Assembly (NCBI GenBank): GCA_963676105.1
Contig: OY781039.1
Span: forward strand, 870,001 to 902,000
Source of the DNA: Erysipelotrichaceae bacterium
Lineage (GTDB): Bacteria > Bacillota_I > Bacilli_A > Erysipelotrichales > Erysipelotrichaceae
Length of the DNA: 32,000 nt
Direction of reading: 5' to 3'
The notes beneath the pieces were generated by a model. It worked only from the letters and a program-made list of their open reading frames with translations. It was not told where the DNA came from and did no database searches. Positions 18,896-28,591 of the stretch are shown in pieces; position 1 is the first letter of the stretch, and every line of letters starts with the position of its first letter. The translations under genes were made by a program, and so were the position numbers.

Positions 18896-20937
18896 CTTTG
18901 TTCCTTCATATCATAAAGTTTCATCAATAAATTATCTAAACCAAAATATAACAATGTGAACATCAGCCATTTTTTTAATCCAAATTTCAATGTGAAACGA
19001 TCAAAATACCAAAATGGATATCTTTTTGAAAGGTTTTTTCTATTTTCTTTAATATATTTACTGCGGTTGTTTTTATAATATCTAATTCTTAAAGTTGTAT
19101 TATTTGCGCCATGTTGAATATATAAACGTTTAATGATTTTATCTATCTTATGATCACTATGTTTTACTTGCTCTGCAATTTTATCTATCGCTTTATATAT
19201 TTCAAATATTTTAGGGTTTTCAGTATGTACAATTGAACCTTCCCTTTGTACATAATGATATAAAGCCTCATCTACTTTCGCGACTTTTTTTGCTTTGGCT
19301 AGGATGATGGGAATCGTTGCTAAATCTTCGTACCAAAGACCAAGAGGAAATAAATGCTCCTTAGCTAAAGAATATTTGATTAACTTGTTACACGCACTGT
19401 TGTTAATTTGTATCAAACTTGGATTTTCACTAAAATCAGTTAGTTTAAATAGACCTCCGCATGACTTTTCAGAATAGGTATCATATTCATACACCATGTC
19501 ACAAACAACTACATCAATATCTTTATCGTAGCTTAATGGTTTAATCATTTTTTCAACATAATCTAAATCTACAAAATCATCGCTATCAACATATAATACA
19601 TATTCACCAGTAGCTTTTTCTAAACCAAAATTTCGCGCGTCAGAAAGTCCGCCATTAACCTTTGTGAATGATTTTACGATTTTAGGATATGCTGTAACAT
19701 AATCATCAATTATCAATTGTGAATTATCTTTAGTACCATCATTAACACAAATAATCTCAATATTTTGATATGTCTGTTTAACTAAAGTCTTTAAACAGCG
19801 ATCTAAATATTCCTCAACGTTATAAATAGGAACAATAATGCTTACTAGACCGTTAAATGTTTCAATCTGTGATGAATGTACCTGATTTTGAATTGAATTT
19901 TGACCATCTTTAATTCGGTTATTAATTAGAATATTGATCGCATAATTTGAGGAAAATGGTTGTAATAATAATGCATTTTTAAATACATCCATTTTAGGCA
20001 CTTGAGGTAACGAAAAATAGTATTTTAAAATTTTATGACGATGATTAATTAAAAATTTTAACAATTGTGTCGTTTCTAACAATTTTTCCTTTTTAATATT
20101 TTCATTCCCATCAATTTGCTCACATCTAAAGAATATATAATGAAATGCGATTAACATTTGAAAATAGAATGTTGCATCAATATCAGAGTATTTTTCAGAC
20201 AAATCTAAAATAACATGATGAGCTAAGTTTAAATCATCTATTGATTTCGGCTTGATGTTTGTCATTGAATTACCTTCGCGGACAATTAAATAATTAGCCA
20301 TAGCCTCTGATGTATATATAACTTTTTGACTATTAAAAACAGCTCCAAAAAATAAAATAACATCCGTGTAATTTGTTTTGTGTGGAAACTCTAAATCAGT
20401 TAATAGAGTTCGTTTATAAAGTTTACCGTGAGGAGCGTTCTCGATAAGATAAACTTGACTAAATGATTTAGTCCCTCTGATATAAACTTTTTTATCTTCT
20501 AGAAGAGCATGCGATGAATTAAACATTTGATTATAATGTTTTTCATTAGCATCTGAATAAATATCAAATCGTGCAGAACATACTATATCTGCATCGTTGT
20601 TCTTAGCTAAAGTAACTAATTTTGTAATAGCTTGTGGTTCTAAGTAATCGTCTGGGTCGCATACTAAAATGTAGTCTGCATCACTTGATTGCACCCCTAA
20701 AGAGAGTACAGATCCATATCCACCATTTTCTTTATGCGTATATCGTAATTTTTTAGGATATTTATTTAAATATGGTTTTATTATTTCATATTCATTAGCT
20801 GGTGAACCATCATTAATAATATGTATATCTAAATATTCATAGTCTTGGGAGAGTAATGAAAGAATACATTTTTCAATGTATGCTTCAACGTTATAGGTTG
20901 GTACAAGTATTGTTACTTTTGTCTTGTGCTCACTCAT
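18892..20937 (-). CDS. Bifunctional glycosyltransferase with two tandem GT2 domains
   Basis: Domain 1: VTILVPTYNVEAYIEKC...INDGSPANE...ENGGYGS...CDPDD. Domain 2: VSIIVPIYNVEEYLDRC...VNDGTKDNS...VNGGLSDARNFG...DSDD. AAGGAG SD upstream. Confidence 0.85.
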   Translation of the reverse strand: MSEHKTKVTILVPTYNVEAYIEKCILSLLSQDYEYLDIHIINDGSPANEYEIIKPYLNKYPKKLRYTHKENGGYGSVLSLGVQSSDADYILVCDPDDYLEPQAITKLVTLAKNNDADIVCSARFDIYSDANEKHYNQMFNSSHALLEDKKVYIRGTKSFSQVYLIENAPHGKLYKRTLLTDLEFPHKTNYTDVILFFGAVFNSQKVIYTSEAMANYLIVREGNSMTNIKPKSIDDLNLAHHVILDLSEKYSDIDATFYFQMLIAFHYIFFRCEQIDGNENIKKEKLLETTQLLKFLINHRHKILKYYFSLPQVPKMDVFKNALLLQPFSSNYAINILINNRIKDGQNSIQNQVHSSQIETFNGLVSIIVPIYNVEEYLDRCLKTLVKQTYQNIEIICVNDGTKDNSQLIIDDYVTAYPKIVKSFTKVNGGLSDARNFGLEKATGEYVLYVDSDDFVDLDYVEKMIKPLSYDKDIDVVVCDMVYEYDTYSEKSCGGLFKLTDFSENPSLIQINNSACNKLIKYSLAKEHLFPLGLWYEDLATIPIILAKAKKVAKVDEALYHYVQREGSIVHTENPKIFEIYKAIDKIAEQVKHSDHKIDKIIKRLYIQHGANNTTLRIRYYKNNRSKYIKENRKNLSKRYPFWYFDRFTLKFGLKKWLMFTLLYFGLDNLLMKLYDMKEQR

Positions 20938-20952
20938 GTTTGCTCCTTAGCT

Positions 20953-21948
20953 TTATTTATTAATGAATCGTATAATTTTATGCCATAAACTTAGATTACG
21001 TTTATTTAAACTTTTTAAATAAATACGATAAGACCATTTTAATTGATTTACATGTTTGTTTTTCTTCCAATTTGGATAATTTATATTTAAATATTCTAAA
21101 GATTGTTTTAATAAATTTTTATAACTATCTGATTTAAACATTCTAAATCCACCATATAAAACCAAATGCTCAACATGTAGATATTCAATTTCATCTAAAA
21201 AGTTATTACTATTCTTGATTAAGGCAATATTTTCATCAAGTTTTTGAATTGATAAAAATATATCTTTTAGTCTTGGATCATTCGTAGACTGCATGATTGA
21301 TCCTTCTCGTTGTCTATAGTGAACATACACAGAAGAAACATAAGATATATTTCGACTTGATAAAAATAAAGGAATCGTAACTGGTATATCTTCATACCAT
21401 TCCCGTGTAGGATATTTTAAATTCTGTTTTAAGAAAAAGGATCTATTATAGATTTTGTTCCACGAGTATAAAGGAGAAAGTAGTGCTGATTGTATTTGAC
21501 TCAAATCATCTTTTAAATTGAGTCCATTCATTACATATAACGTTTTTTTATTCAAGTCGTTGAAAACATCAATATCGCAAACACTTATCTCACTATTTTC
21601 AGCGATTGCAATATTATATAGTTTTTCATATAAATCTAAGTCTACATAATCATCACTATCAATAAAGCCAATAAACTCACCAGTAGCATATGGTACACCA
21701 AAATTTCTTGCGTCCCCTAAACCACCATTTTCTTTACTTAATGATTTAATTTTTCTAGGATAAGATTTCACATATTTATTGATAATAGCTTGAGAATTAT
21801 CGGTTGATCCATCATTTACAATTATTATCTCAATATCCTCTAAAGTTTGATGAACTAAAGAATCTAGGCATTCACTTAGATATTTCTCAACATTATAGAC
21901 TGGTACAATGACACTAATTTTTACCTGTGACATTAGTTTTTTAACCAT
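20953..21948 (-). CDS. Family 2 glycosyltransferase
   Basis: ISVIVPVYNVEKYLSECLDSLVHQTLEDIEIIIVNDGSTDNS, then ENGGLGDARNFG and DSDD. An alternative start at 21933 would form a TAATG junction with the upstream stop. Confidence 0.88.
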   Translation of the reverse strand: MVKKLMSQVKISVIVPVYNVEKYLSECLDSLVHQTLEDIEIIIVNDGSTDNSQAIINKYVKSYPRKIKSLSKENGGLGDARNFGVPYATGEFIGFIDSDDYVDLDLYEKLYNIAIAENSEISVCDIDVFNDLNKKTLYVMNGLNLKDDLSQIQSALLSPLYSWNKIYNRSFFLKQNLKYPTREWYEDIPVTIPLFLSSRNISYVSSVYVHYRQREGSIMQSTNDPRLKDIFLSIQKLDENIALIKNSNNFLDEIEYLHVEHLVLYGGFRMFKSDSYKNLLKQSLEYLNINYPNWKKNKHVNQLKWSYRIYLKSLNKRNLSLWHKIIRFINK

Positions 21949-24188
21949 TTAGAAAAATCAACTTCAATAATTTGTCTTTTCCCATTTGCTACAGTATCTA
22001 ATGTTAGTTTCGATTCATCTTGATTAAAGCGTGGATGTAAATCACATCGCGTTTCATTTTCAAATTTTAAATATGACTTAAATCGTGCGAGTTCAATTGC
22101 TTGTTTGAAAGGTTTTTTTGAAACAAAAAGCCTTTGATAGGTTTGATAATCAGGATATGTATCAGTAATACATAAATCTAGTCCATTTAAAGACATAGTA
22201 GAAGGATGTCCATCATCTATCAAGTTATCTAGTATTCTTTCAAATTTTCCATCTTTGATTCGATAATAGCCATCTTGTCCTTCAGGACTACGTAAATATC
22301 CAATTATTGTTTTGTTATCTTCCCAAAAACAATGTGATGCCATTTCTGTATCACTGATTAACTCTAATTTCTTCGACTTAAACTCATAAACAAATAATCG
22401 TGTATATTTTTTATCATGTTTTAACCAACGATGATAAAACATACATTTTGAATCATCTGGACTAATATCGATATGGTTAACTTTATGGGCAGCATCTTTC
22501 ATCGTTTCATTTGGGTCAAAATGGATCAATTGTTCAAAATTGATTAAAATTTTTGATTCATTTGTTTTTAAATCAATGTAAAAGATTCCGTCATTTATAT
22601 CTAGTTCTTTAATGTTTGACGTTTCAAGATTAAAGTATCCATAATCAGGTCGATATTTCGCAAGTCTAGAAAAATTTAAACTTAACGCAAAGTTTCCATT
22701 ATGACTAAGTGCATAAATTGGTTTAGAAAAGTATTTTATAGATTGGTCGTTAATATTAATAAGCTTTGCTTGATATTGATTATCTTTAAACACATTATGA
22801 ATAATATGTGTATCATCTATCCAATTCAACATTGAACCTTGTTGCCAATTCCAAGCAGTACTTTCGCTAATTTTTTCACTATCTAAAACAATATCAACGC
22901 TCTGTTTTAAATCTAATGAATTTGAATTGAGTCTATGATATAGATAATGTCCATTGCGATAGGGTGAACGATTAAAATAACCATAAAATGTTTGTCCAAC
23001 AGGATCAATGACTCGATAACTTACACCCTTATGAGTCACAATCTTTTCAAGTTTACGTGCATAAAAGTATTTAGCATAGTGATGATACACATCATATAAT
23101 TTTGATAATTGTTGAGAATTTAAAATTATCTTCTTTAATTTTTGTTTTGAGCTTAAAGTGAAATTCTCGTCACTTAAATAATCTGTAAAATACTCTGTTA
23201 ACTGACTTGTATTGAGTGTTCTATTTAATAAAAACATTTTGTATTTTGGGTAATTAAGCTGTGGGAATAGACCATTATATACATTTATTACTTCTCTCTT
23301 TTTAGCATGTAAAAGATTTAAATAGTCATCAAATTCTAGTAACATCTCAACTTTAATATTTAAGTCAGTATTAACATATTTTGCTTTATCACATACAAAC
23401 CAAAAAGCTTCGTACATACGATAATAAAAAACGTCTGGGATATCTTTTATTGATTCTGCTTGTTTTAATAATTGTGTTAATACTTTAATCCAACTTTTTA
23501 AACTGTTAATGGATACATCTGTACGTGTATTCCCTACTCTATTAATCAAATAATATGAATATGCCTTATTTGTATAAACAACGTTTTGTGATCTAAGTAA
23601 ACTTAAGAAGTAGAGTACATTATCGGTATAACTAACTTTTTGTGGAAATTCTATTGAATGTAGTAGTTCAGTTTTATAAAGCTTTGCATGTGGTGATGGT
23701 TCAACAAAAAAAAGATATTTAAATTCATCATCACTAGGATGCAAATTTTTCAGAACAGGAATTTGAGGCAATGATTGTGAAATTGAAGGATCATATTTGA
23801 TTTCATGATTATCAGAATAAATTAAGTTTTTAGCTCCAATCACGATATCTGTATCATGTTTTTCAGCAATATTGATTAATTCTTCAACAGCTGTATCCTC
23901 AAGATAATCGTCTGGATCACAAATTAAGAAATAAGGTGTTTTTATTAATCCTTTGGCATATTCTAAGACTGATCCATATCCACCATTTTCTTTTTCAATA
24001 AAGTGAATATTTTGATGCTTTTTTGTGTATGGCAAAACAATCGATTTTTCATCAGTTGGTGAGCCATCACTAATGACGTATGCATCAAAATCTTGTGATG
24101 TTTGTCTCACTAGTGATTCAACACAAGTTTCAATATATTCTTCAACTTTATAAGTTGGAATTATGATACTAACTTTGGTATTTTTCAT
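21933..24188 (-). CDS. GT2 glycosyltransferase fused to a large C-terminal PD40/TolB-like beta-propeller-like domain of unknown function
   Basis: N-terminal VSIIIPTYKVEEYIETC...ISDGSPTDE...ENGGYGS...CDPDD. The C-terminal ~430 aa lack TM segments and carry repeated propeller-like motifs (NHIDISPDDSKCMFYHRW; CDLHPRFNQDESKLTLDTVANGKRQIIEV). Start taken as MKNTK at 24188; alternatives are 24197 and 24233. Confidence 0.7.
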   Translation of the reverse strand: MKNTKVSIIIPTYKVEEYIETCVESLVRQTSQDFDAYVISDGSPTDEKSIVLPYTKKHQNIHFIEKENGGYGSVLEYAKGLIKTPYFLICDPDDYLEDTAVEELINIAEKHDTDIVIGAKNLIYSDNHEIKYDPSISQSLPQIPVLKNLHPSDDEFKYLFFVEPSPHAKLYKTELLHSIEFPQKVSYTDNVLYFLSLLRSQNVVYTNKAYSYYLINRVGNTRTDVSINSLKSWIKVLTQLLKQAESIKDIPDVFYYRMYEAFWFVCDKAKYVNTDLNIKVEMLLEFDDYLNLLHAKKREVINVYNGLFPQLNYPKYKMFLLNRTLNTSQLTEYFTDYLSDENFTLSSKQKLKKIILNSQQLSKLYDVYHHYAKYFYARKLEKIVTHKGVSYRVIDPVGQTFYGYFNRSPYRNGHYLYHRLNSNSLDLKQSVDIVLDSEKISESTAWNWQQGSMLNWIDDTHIIHNVFKDNQYQAKLININDQSIKYFSKPIYALSHNGNFALSLNFSRLAKYRPDYGYFNLETSNIKELDINDGIFYIDLKTNESKILINFEQLIHFDPNETMKDAAHKVNHIDISPDDSKCMFYHRWLKHDKKYTRLFVYEFKSKKLELISDTEMASHCFWEDNKTIIGYLRSPEGQDGYYRIKDGKFERILDNLIDDGHPSTMSLNGLDLCITDTYPDYQTYQRLFVSKKPFKQAIELARFKSYLKFENETRCDLHPRFNQDESKLTLDTVANGKRQIIEVDFSKWLKN

Positions 24189-25146
24189 CACGTTCATTGT
24201 ACCATGCGACAAATTTTTCAATACCTTCATCAAAAGTGGTTTTTGGTGAATAATTTAAAAGTTTTTGTGCTTTTTGTATATCTGCATAGGTTTGATTGAC
24301 ATCACCTGGGGGTAGATCAAATTTGTTTAATACAGCTTTTTTTTGTATATATTTTTCAATCGTAGATACCATTGTATTTAAATCAACTGGATAATTATTT
24401 CCTAGATTGATAATTTCATAACATGATTCCTTTTGATATGAGTAATTCATTGAAGAAAAAATACCTTCCACAATATCTTCAACATAGGTGTAATCGCGAC
24501 GTGTTGTACCATCGCCATAGAATGGAATTGGTTTATCTTGAGCTATCAAGTTTGTAAATTTATGGATAGCTAAATCAGGTCTTTGACCAGGTCCATATAC
24601 TGTAAAAAAGCGTAACATGATGGTATTCAAGTCATAAAGTTTATGATAAACATGTGCCATGACTTCATTGCTTTTTTTAGTAGCGGCATAAGGACTAATC
24701 GCAAAATCAACATTATCTGTTTCAGAAAATGGAACTTTTTTATTATTACCATAAACACTACTGCTACTTGCGGCAATTAAGTGTTTAATTTTGTTTAACT
24801 TACACGACTCTAAAATACATTGAAAACCATGTACATTTACACTTTCATATTCTAATGGATCTTCAATAGATGGTCTTACTCCTGCCATTGCGGCCAAGTG
24901 TACTACAGTATCAATCTTATACTCTGTAATAATTGTATTTAATTTATCTAAGTCTCTAATATCAGCTTTAATACTAAGAAAGTTTTCAAATTTGTTTAAT
25001 GCATTAATATTAAGTTCTTTATTAATGGGAGCATAAAAATCATTAAAATTATCATAACTAACAACCTTATACCCTTCATTCAATAGTTTTTTACATAAGT
25101 GGGAACCAATAAAACCTGCACCACCTGTTACTAAAACACTTTTCAT
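24169..25146 (-). CDS. NAD-dependent nucleotide-sugar epimerase, extended SDR, UDP-glucuronate 4-epimerase-like
   Basis: VTGGAGFIGSHL Rossmann motif followed by YDNFNDFY. Catalytic YAATK (YxxxK). ATGA overlap with the upstream GT2 at 25143-25146. Confidence 0.8.
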   Translation of the reverse strand: MKSVLVTGGAGFIGSHLCKKLLNEGYKVVSYDNFNDFYAPINKELNINALNKFENFLSIKADIRDLDKLNTIITEYKIDTVVHLAAMAGVRPSIEDPLEYESVNVHGFQCILESCKLNKIKHLIAASSSSVYGNNKKVPFSETDNVDFAISPYAATKKSNEVMAHVYHKLYDLNTIMLRFFTVYGPGQRPDLAIHKFTNLIAQDKPIPFYGDGTTRRDYTYVEDIVEGIFSSMNYSYQKESCYEIINLGNNYPVDLNTMVSTIEKYIQKKAVLNKFDLPPGDVNQTYADIQKAQKLLNYSPKTTFDEGIEKFVAWYNERDEKYQS

Positions 25147-26123
25147 TGTTTCACCTTCAACTTCTTTATAAAATAGTAACCTTTAAGTAGAAGCGGATGC
25201 AAATAGAGTTTTGCATTTGGATAATCAATTAAAGGATAGATTGATTTTTTATCATTTGGAAAATAGTCATTTAACAATTTATATACATCATCAATAAACT
25301 TAGCAATGAATTTAAACTCATTAAAGTTGATAAGTTTTCTAAATGAATAAAATAGATTAATAAAACTCAAGTATTTAAGTTCTTCATATAATTGTTCAAA
25401 TAGCTGTCTTTCTTTGAATGAATCAAGATTGTACTTAACCATATCCACAATATGATAAATTTTTTGATCAACTTGCTGAGTAATATTATTAGGTCTATCC
25501 AATCGATAAAAATAAAGAGCTTCATCTAAATAAGCAATGTTTTTACAATAAGAAAGATAGATAAAAGTCGTTCCTAAATCTTGGTGTCGATAACCAAATG
25601 GATACTCTAGATTATAATCTTTAAAAATAGATGTTTTATACAGTTTATTCCAAGCTGCATTATTACTATACGCAAAAATGTCCTTGTCCTTTAAAGGTTG
25701 ATATATTTTTGTTTCACTTAAATTTAAACTGATTTTTTCAGAAATATTCTCTTTTTCAATAAATTGTTGATATCCAAAAATGACACAATCCAAATCATCT
25801 GCAATTGCGATTTCCATTGAATTTTTAACCATATCCTCGTGGCAGGTATCATCGCCATCAACAAACATTAAATACTTTGATTTAACATGTTTTAATCCAA
25901 AGTTGCGAGCATCAGATAAACCACCATTTTCTTTAAATAAATATTTAAATCGTTTATCTTTTTTTGCGAAATCTTTTACAATTTTTGCGGAATTATCAGT
26001 TGATCCATCATCGACGCATAAAACTTCAATATCTTGATAACTTTGGTTTTTTAAAGAATCTAGACACTCTGATAAATAAGATTCAACATTGTAAATCGCA
26101 ACAATTAAACTGACTTTTTCCAT
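25143..26123 (-). CDS. Family 2 glycosyltransferase
   Basis: VSLIVAIYNVESYLSECLDSLKNQSYQDIEVLCVDDGSTDNS, then ENGGLSDARNFG and DGDD. Its start overlaps the 3' end of wzx by 19 nt. Confidence 0.88.
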   Translation of the reverse strand: MEKVSLIVAIYNVESYLSECLDSLKNQSYQDIEVLCVDDGSTDNSAKIVKDFAKKDKRFKYLFKENGGLSDARNFGLKHVKSKYLMFVDGDDTCHEDMVKNSMEIAIADDLDCVIFGYQQFIEKENISEKISLNLSETKIYQPLKDKDIFAYSNNAAWNKLYKTSIFKDYNLEYPFGYRHQDLGTTFIYLSYCKNIAYLDEALYFYRLDRPNNITQQVDQKIYHIVDMVKYNLDSFKERQLFEQLYEELKYLSFINLFYSFRKLINFNEFKFIAKFIDDVYKLLNDYFPNDKKSIYPLIDYPNAKLYLHPLLLKGYYFIKKLKVKQ

Positions 26124-27556
26124 ACTAATCCTTTTAATTTTGCGAACATTTCATAATGAAATGGTTCTTTAACAATAAATAAAATTCCAAAGTAAACAAT
26201 ACTTCCCGCTAAAGCTTGAAATAAGTTAGTGATGACATTTGCACCTCTAACATTACCAATGAAAAGTACTACCGTTAACATTGCAATACCTGCAATAAAA
26301 TACTCAATTATGCTTAAGAATTTTAAATTAAATGTTAAATGCTTTCGGATAACGATAAACTGAATAATTGTCACAACTGCTTCAGCACAAACCACACTAA
26401 TCGCTGATCCAATAGCACCATAGGTTGGGATGAGTAAAAAGTTTAAAATGAAATTAGTAACTGCACCCATCGAAACTGAGAATGAATAAGGTTTTAAACG
26501 ATTGGTTGGGACTAAAAATTGAACACCAAAAGCATTTGATAAAGATATTAATATGACAATTGGACTAATAATCGCAATAAGTAAACCGACAGGTTTAAAT
26601 TCAGCAGCTAAAAACCAATCAACAAATGTTTGCGATATTCCTATTAAACCAAACATCATTGGAATTGAAAAATATAGGGCAATATTTAAAGTAATCGATA
26701 AATATTCTTTAATTTTTTGGTGTCCACCCTTCGCATGCTCATTTGCAATACGAGGCAACATAACCATACCAATGGAAGTAATAAAGTATAAAAACATTTT
26801 ATCGAAACGAATCGCTTGTTGATAATAGGCTAACTCCTCTATATTTGGCGCAAGAATACCTGTCATTGTTTGATCTAAGATACTGTATACACTAATTGCT
26901 ATTTGAGGTACAAATAATATCAAATTGGCTTTCATATGATTTTTATAAGCTGACTTTAATGAGATTGGATAACGATCTATATATTTAGGTAACTGAAAAA
27001 ATAAAACGATTTGCCCTATGAAGGCTGTTCCACCATTGATAATGACAAATAAAGGCAAATCATTTTCCGATTTTACGAGTAAGAAAATCAATAAAACATT
27101 GATAATTTTTAAAGCAATATTACGAATTGAAGCTGTTTTAAAATTCTCAATACCTAAATAAAACCAAGTAATATCAAATAAACTTGCGAGTAATACAAAG
27201 AATTGTAAGTAATAGATATTTTTGTATTCAATATTTGCGAAGTAGACAAATAATAGATACACAACACCCATTAAGGCCATATTTATAACTTTTAAAACAA
27301 AAATTTCTAAAAATGTTTTTGATAGTTTCTCGCGATTATCACTAACACGTGCAATCTCTTTATTCCCATACATGGTGACACCAAGGACACCAAAAATAAT
27401 GAACCATTGTAAAACAGAACCTGTAAAAGCATTAACACTTAATGCGGTTGCGCCTAATACTCTAGTTGTATAGGGTACAAGAATAATAGGTGTTAAGACT
27501 TGAACAACCTGAAATAGAATATAGAATACGTAGTTTTGTACTAAATTTGCTTTCAT
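26105..27556 (-). CDS. wzx: Wzx-like polysaccharide flippase (MOP superfamily)
   Basis: 483 aa with about 12-14 TM segments. N-terminus NYVFYILFQVVQVLTPIILVPYTTRVLGATALS is typical of Polysacc_synt proteins. AGGGA SD lies 6 nt upstream. Confidence 0.75.
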   Translation of the reverse strand: MKANLVQNYVFYILFQVVQVLTPIILVPYTTRVLGATALSVNAFTGSVLQWFIIFGVLGVTMYGNKEIARVSDNREKLSKTFLEIFVLKVINMALMGVVYLLFVYFANIEYKNIYYLQFFVLLASLFDITWFYLGIENFKTASIRNIALKIINVLLIFLLVKSENDLPLFVIINGGTAFIGQIVLFFQLPKYIDRYPISLKSAYKNHMKANLILFVPQIAISVYSILDQTMTGILAPNIEELAYYQQAIRFDKMFLYFITSIGMVMLPRIANEHAKGGHQKIKEYLSITLNIALYFSIPMMFGLIGISQTFVDWFLAAEFKPVGLLIAIISPIVILISLSNAFGVQFLVPTNRLKPYSFSVSMGAVTNFILNFLLIPTYGAIGSAISVVCAEAVVTIIQFIVIRKHLTFNLKFLSIIEYFIAGIAMLTVVLFIGNVRGANVITNLFQALAGSIVYFGILFIVKEPFHYEMFAKLKGLVWKKSV

Positions 27557-27578
27557 TTAAAATCCCTATGATAGTTTA

Positions 27579-27606
27579 CCAAAAAACAATGAATAATACA
27601 TTGTTT
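27579..27606 (-). terminator. Weak hairpin plus T-run between the SDR gene and wzx, a possible attenuating terminator
   Basis: On the minus strand AACAATG pairs with CATTGTT (plus-strand 27585-27591 and 27599-27605) across a 7-nt loop, followed by TTTTTT. The stem is AT-rich and overlaps the stop codon. Confidence 0.25.
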
Positions 27607-28549
27607 AATGTGATTTATCTTCTTTTAATTGTTGTTCAAATAATTCATATAATTCTTTGATATATTGATTAATATCAAATTTAATCTCTCCAACTTCATT
27701 AATTAAACGATTAATATCTAAAACCATATAATCAATATCAACCAATCGATGTTCTTTATATGATACTTTTACATCTTCATTTGATATTGTTTTCAAGCTC
27801 TCTATTACTTGATTTAGACTTAAACCAAAACCACTACCAATATTATAGATTTGATAATTACGCTTATCTTTTAAACATAGTTTAATAATGTACTCACACA
27901 TGACTTGAATTGGAATATAATCGCGAATAATATTGCCATCACCAAAGATTGTGATTTCTTCATTTTTTAATATTTTATTAATGGCGATTGGGATAAATCC
28001 TTGAGTAGCATGTGAAAAGGTACCAAATGGATTAGATGGTCTGACAATGAGTAAATTGATATCTAATGATTTACAGATATTTTTCAAATCATTTTCTAAC
28101 AATACTTTGACTTCCCCATAATAATTAATTGGGTCTAACACATGATCTTCTTTAAAAGATTCTTTATGATAACTTTTGCCATAAACCGTGCCGCCTGATG
28201 AAAAAAATACAAATTCTGTTATTTGATAATTTTTCATTAGTTTTATGATTTCAAAAGTTGGTAAAATAACATTTTTATTTTCAACTTCTATTTGTTCTTT
28301 TGGACTATTTGGCCAAATAGTTGAAACTAAATGGATGACTCTTTTAATTGAATAATTTTTAAATATCTCTTCAATTTTATCTAATTCATCCAACTTACCT
28401 TCAATCCATTCATATTGACTGAATGTTTCAGGTGTATTTGTTATGCCATACATCAAAGGATGTTCACCTTGACGAATTAATTCATCACTTAAATGGCGCC
28501 CAATAAAACCGGTACCACCCAATAATAATGTATAAGATTGATTATTCAT
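27605..28549 (-). CDS. NAD-dependent epimerase/dehydratase-family SDR
   Basis: LLGGTGFIGRHL Rossmann motif and YYGEVK (YxxxK). Length 314 aa. Substrate cannot be assigned from sequence alone. Confidence 0.75.
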   Translation of the reverse strand: MNNQSYTLLLGGTGFIGRHLSDELIRQGEHPLMYGITNTPETFSQYEWIEGKLDELDKIEEIFKNYSIKRVIHLVSTIWPNSPKEQIEVENKNVILPTFEIIKLMKNYQITEFVFFSSGGTVYGKSYHKESFKEDHVLDPINYYGEVKVLLENDLKNICKSLDINLLIVRPSNPFGTFSHATQGFIPIAINKILKNEEITIFGDGNIIRDYIPIQVMCEYIIKLCLKDKRNYQIYNIGSGFGLSLNQVIESLKTISNEDVKVSYKEHRLVDIDYMVLDINRLINEVGEIKFDINQYIKELYELFEQQLKEDKSH

Positions 28550-28591
28550 GTTTACATCATACCTATATTTAGACTAAACATCTAGTTTTAT

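Noticed and set aside
11434-24344. Homopolymeric A/T tracts of 7-8 nt inside glycan genes as phase-variation switches (A8 at 11434-11441 in the yfhO-family gene, A8 at 23706-23713, T8 at 24337-24344)
   Set aside because: Runs of this length are expected by chance at this AT content. They are shorter than typical contingency-locus tracts, and all frames are intact. They would only merit attention if population sequencing shows length variation.
18483-26822. Small plus-strand ORFs inside GT4, GT2 and wzx genes (18483-18740, 19295-19477, 25780-26037, 26553-26822)
   Set aside because: They are antisense to genes with clear family motifs and are AT-rich frame artefacts.
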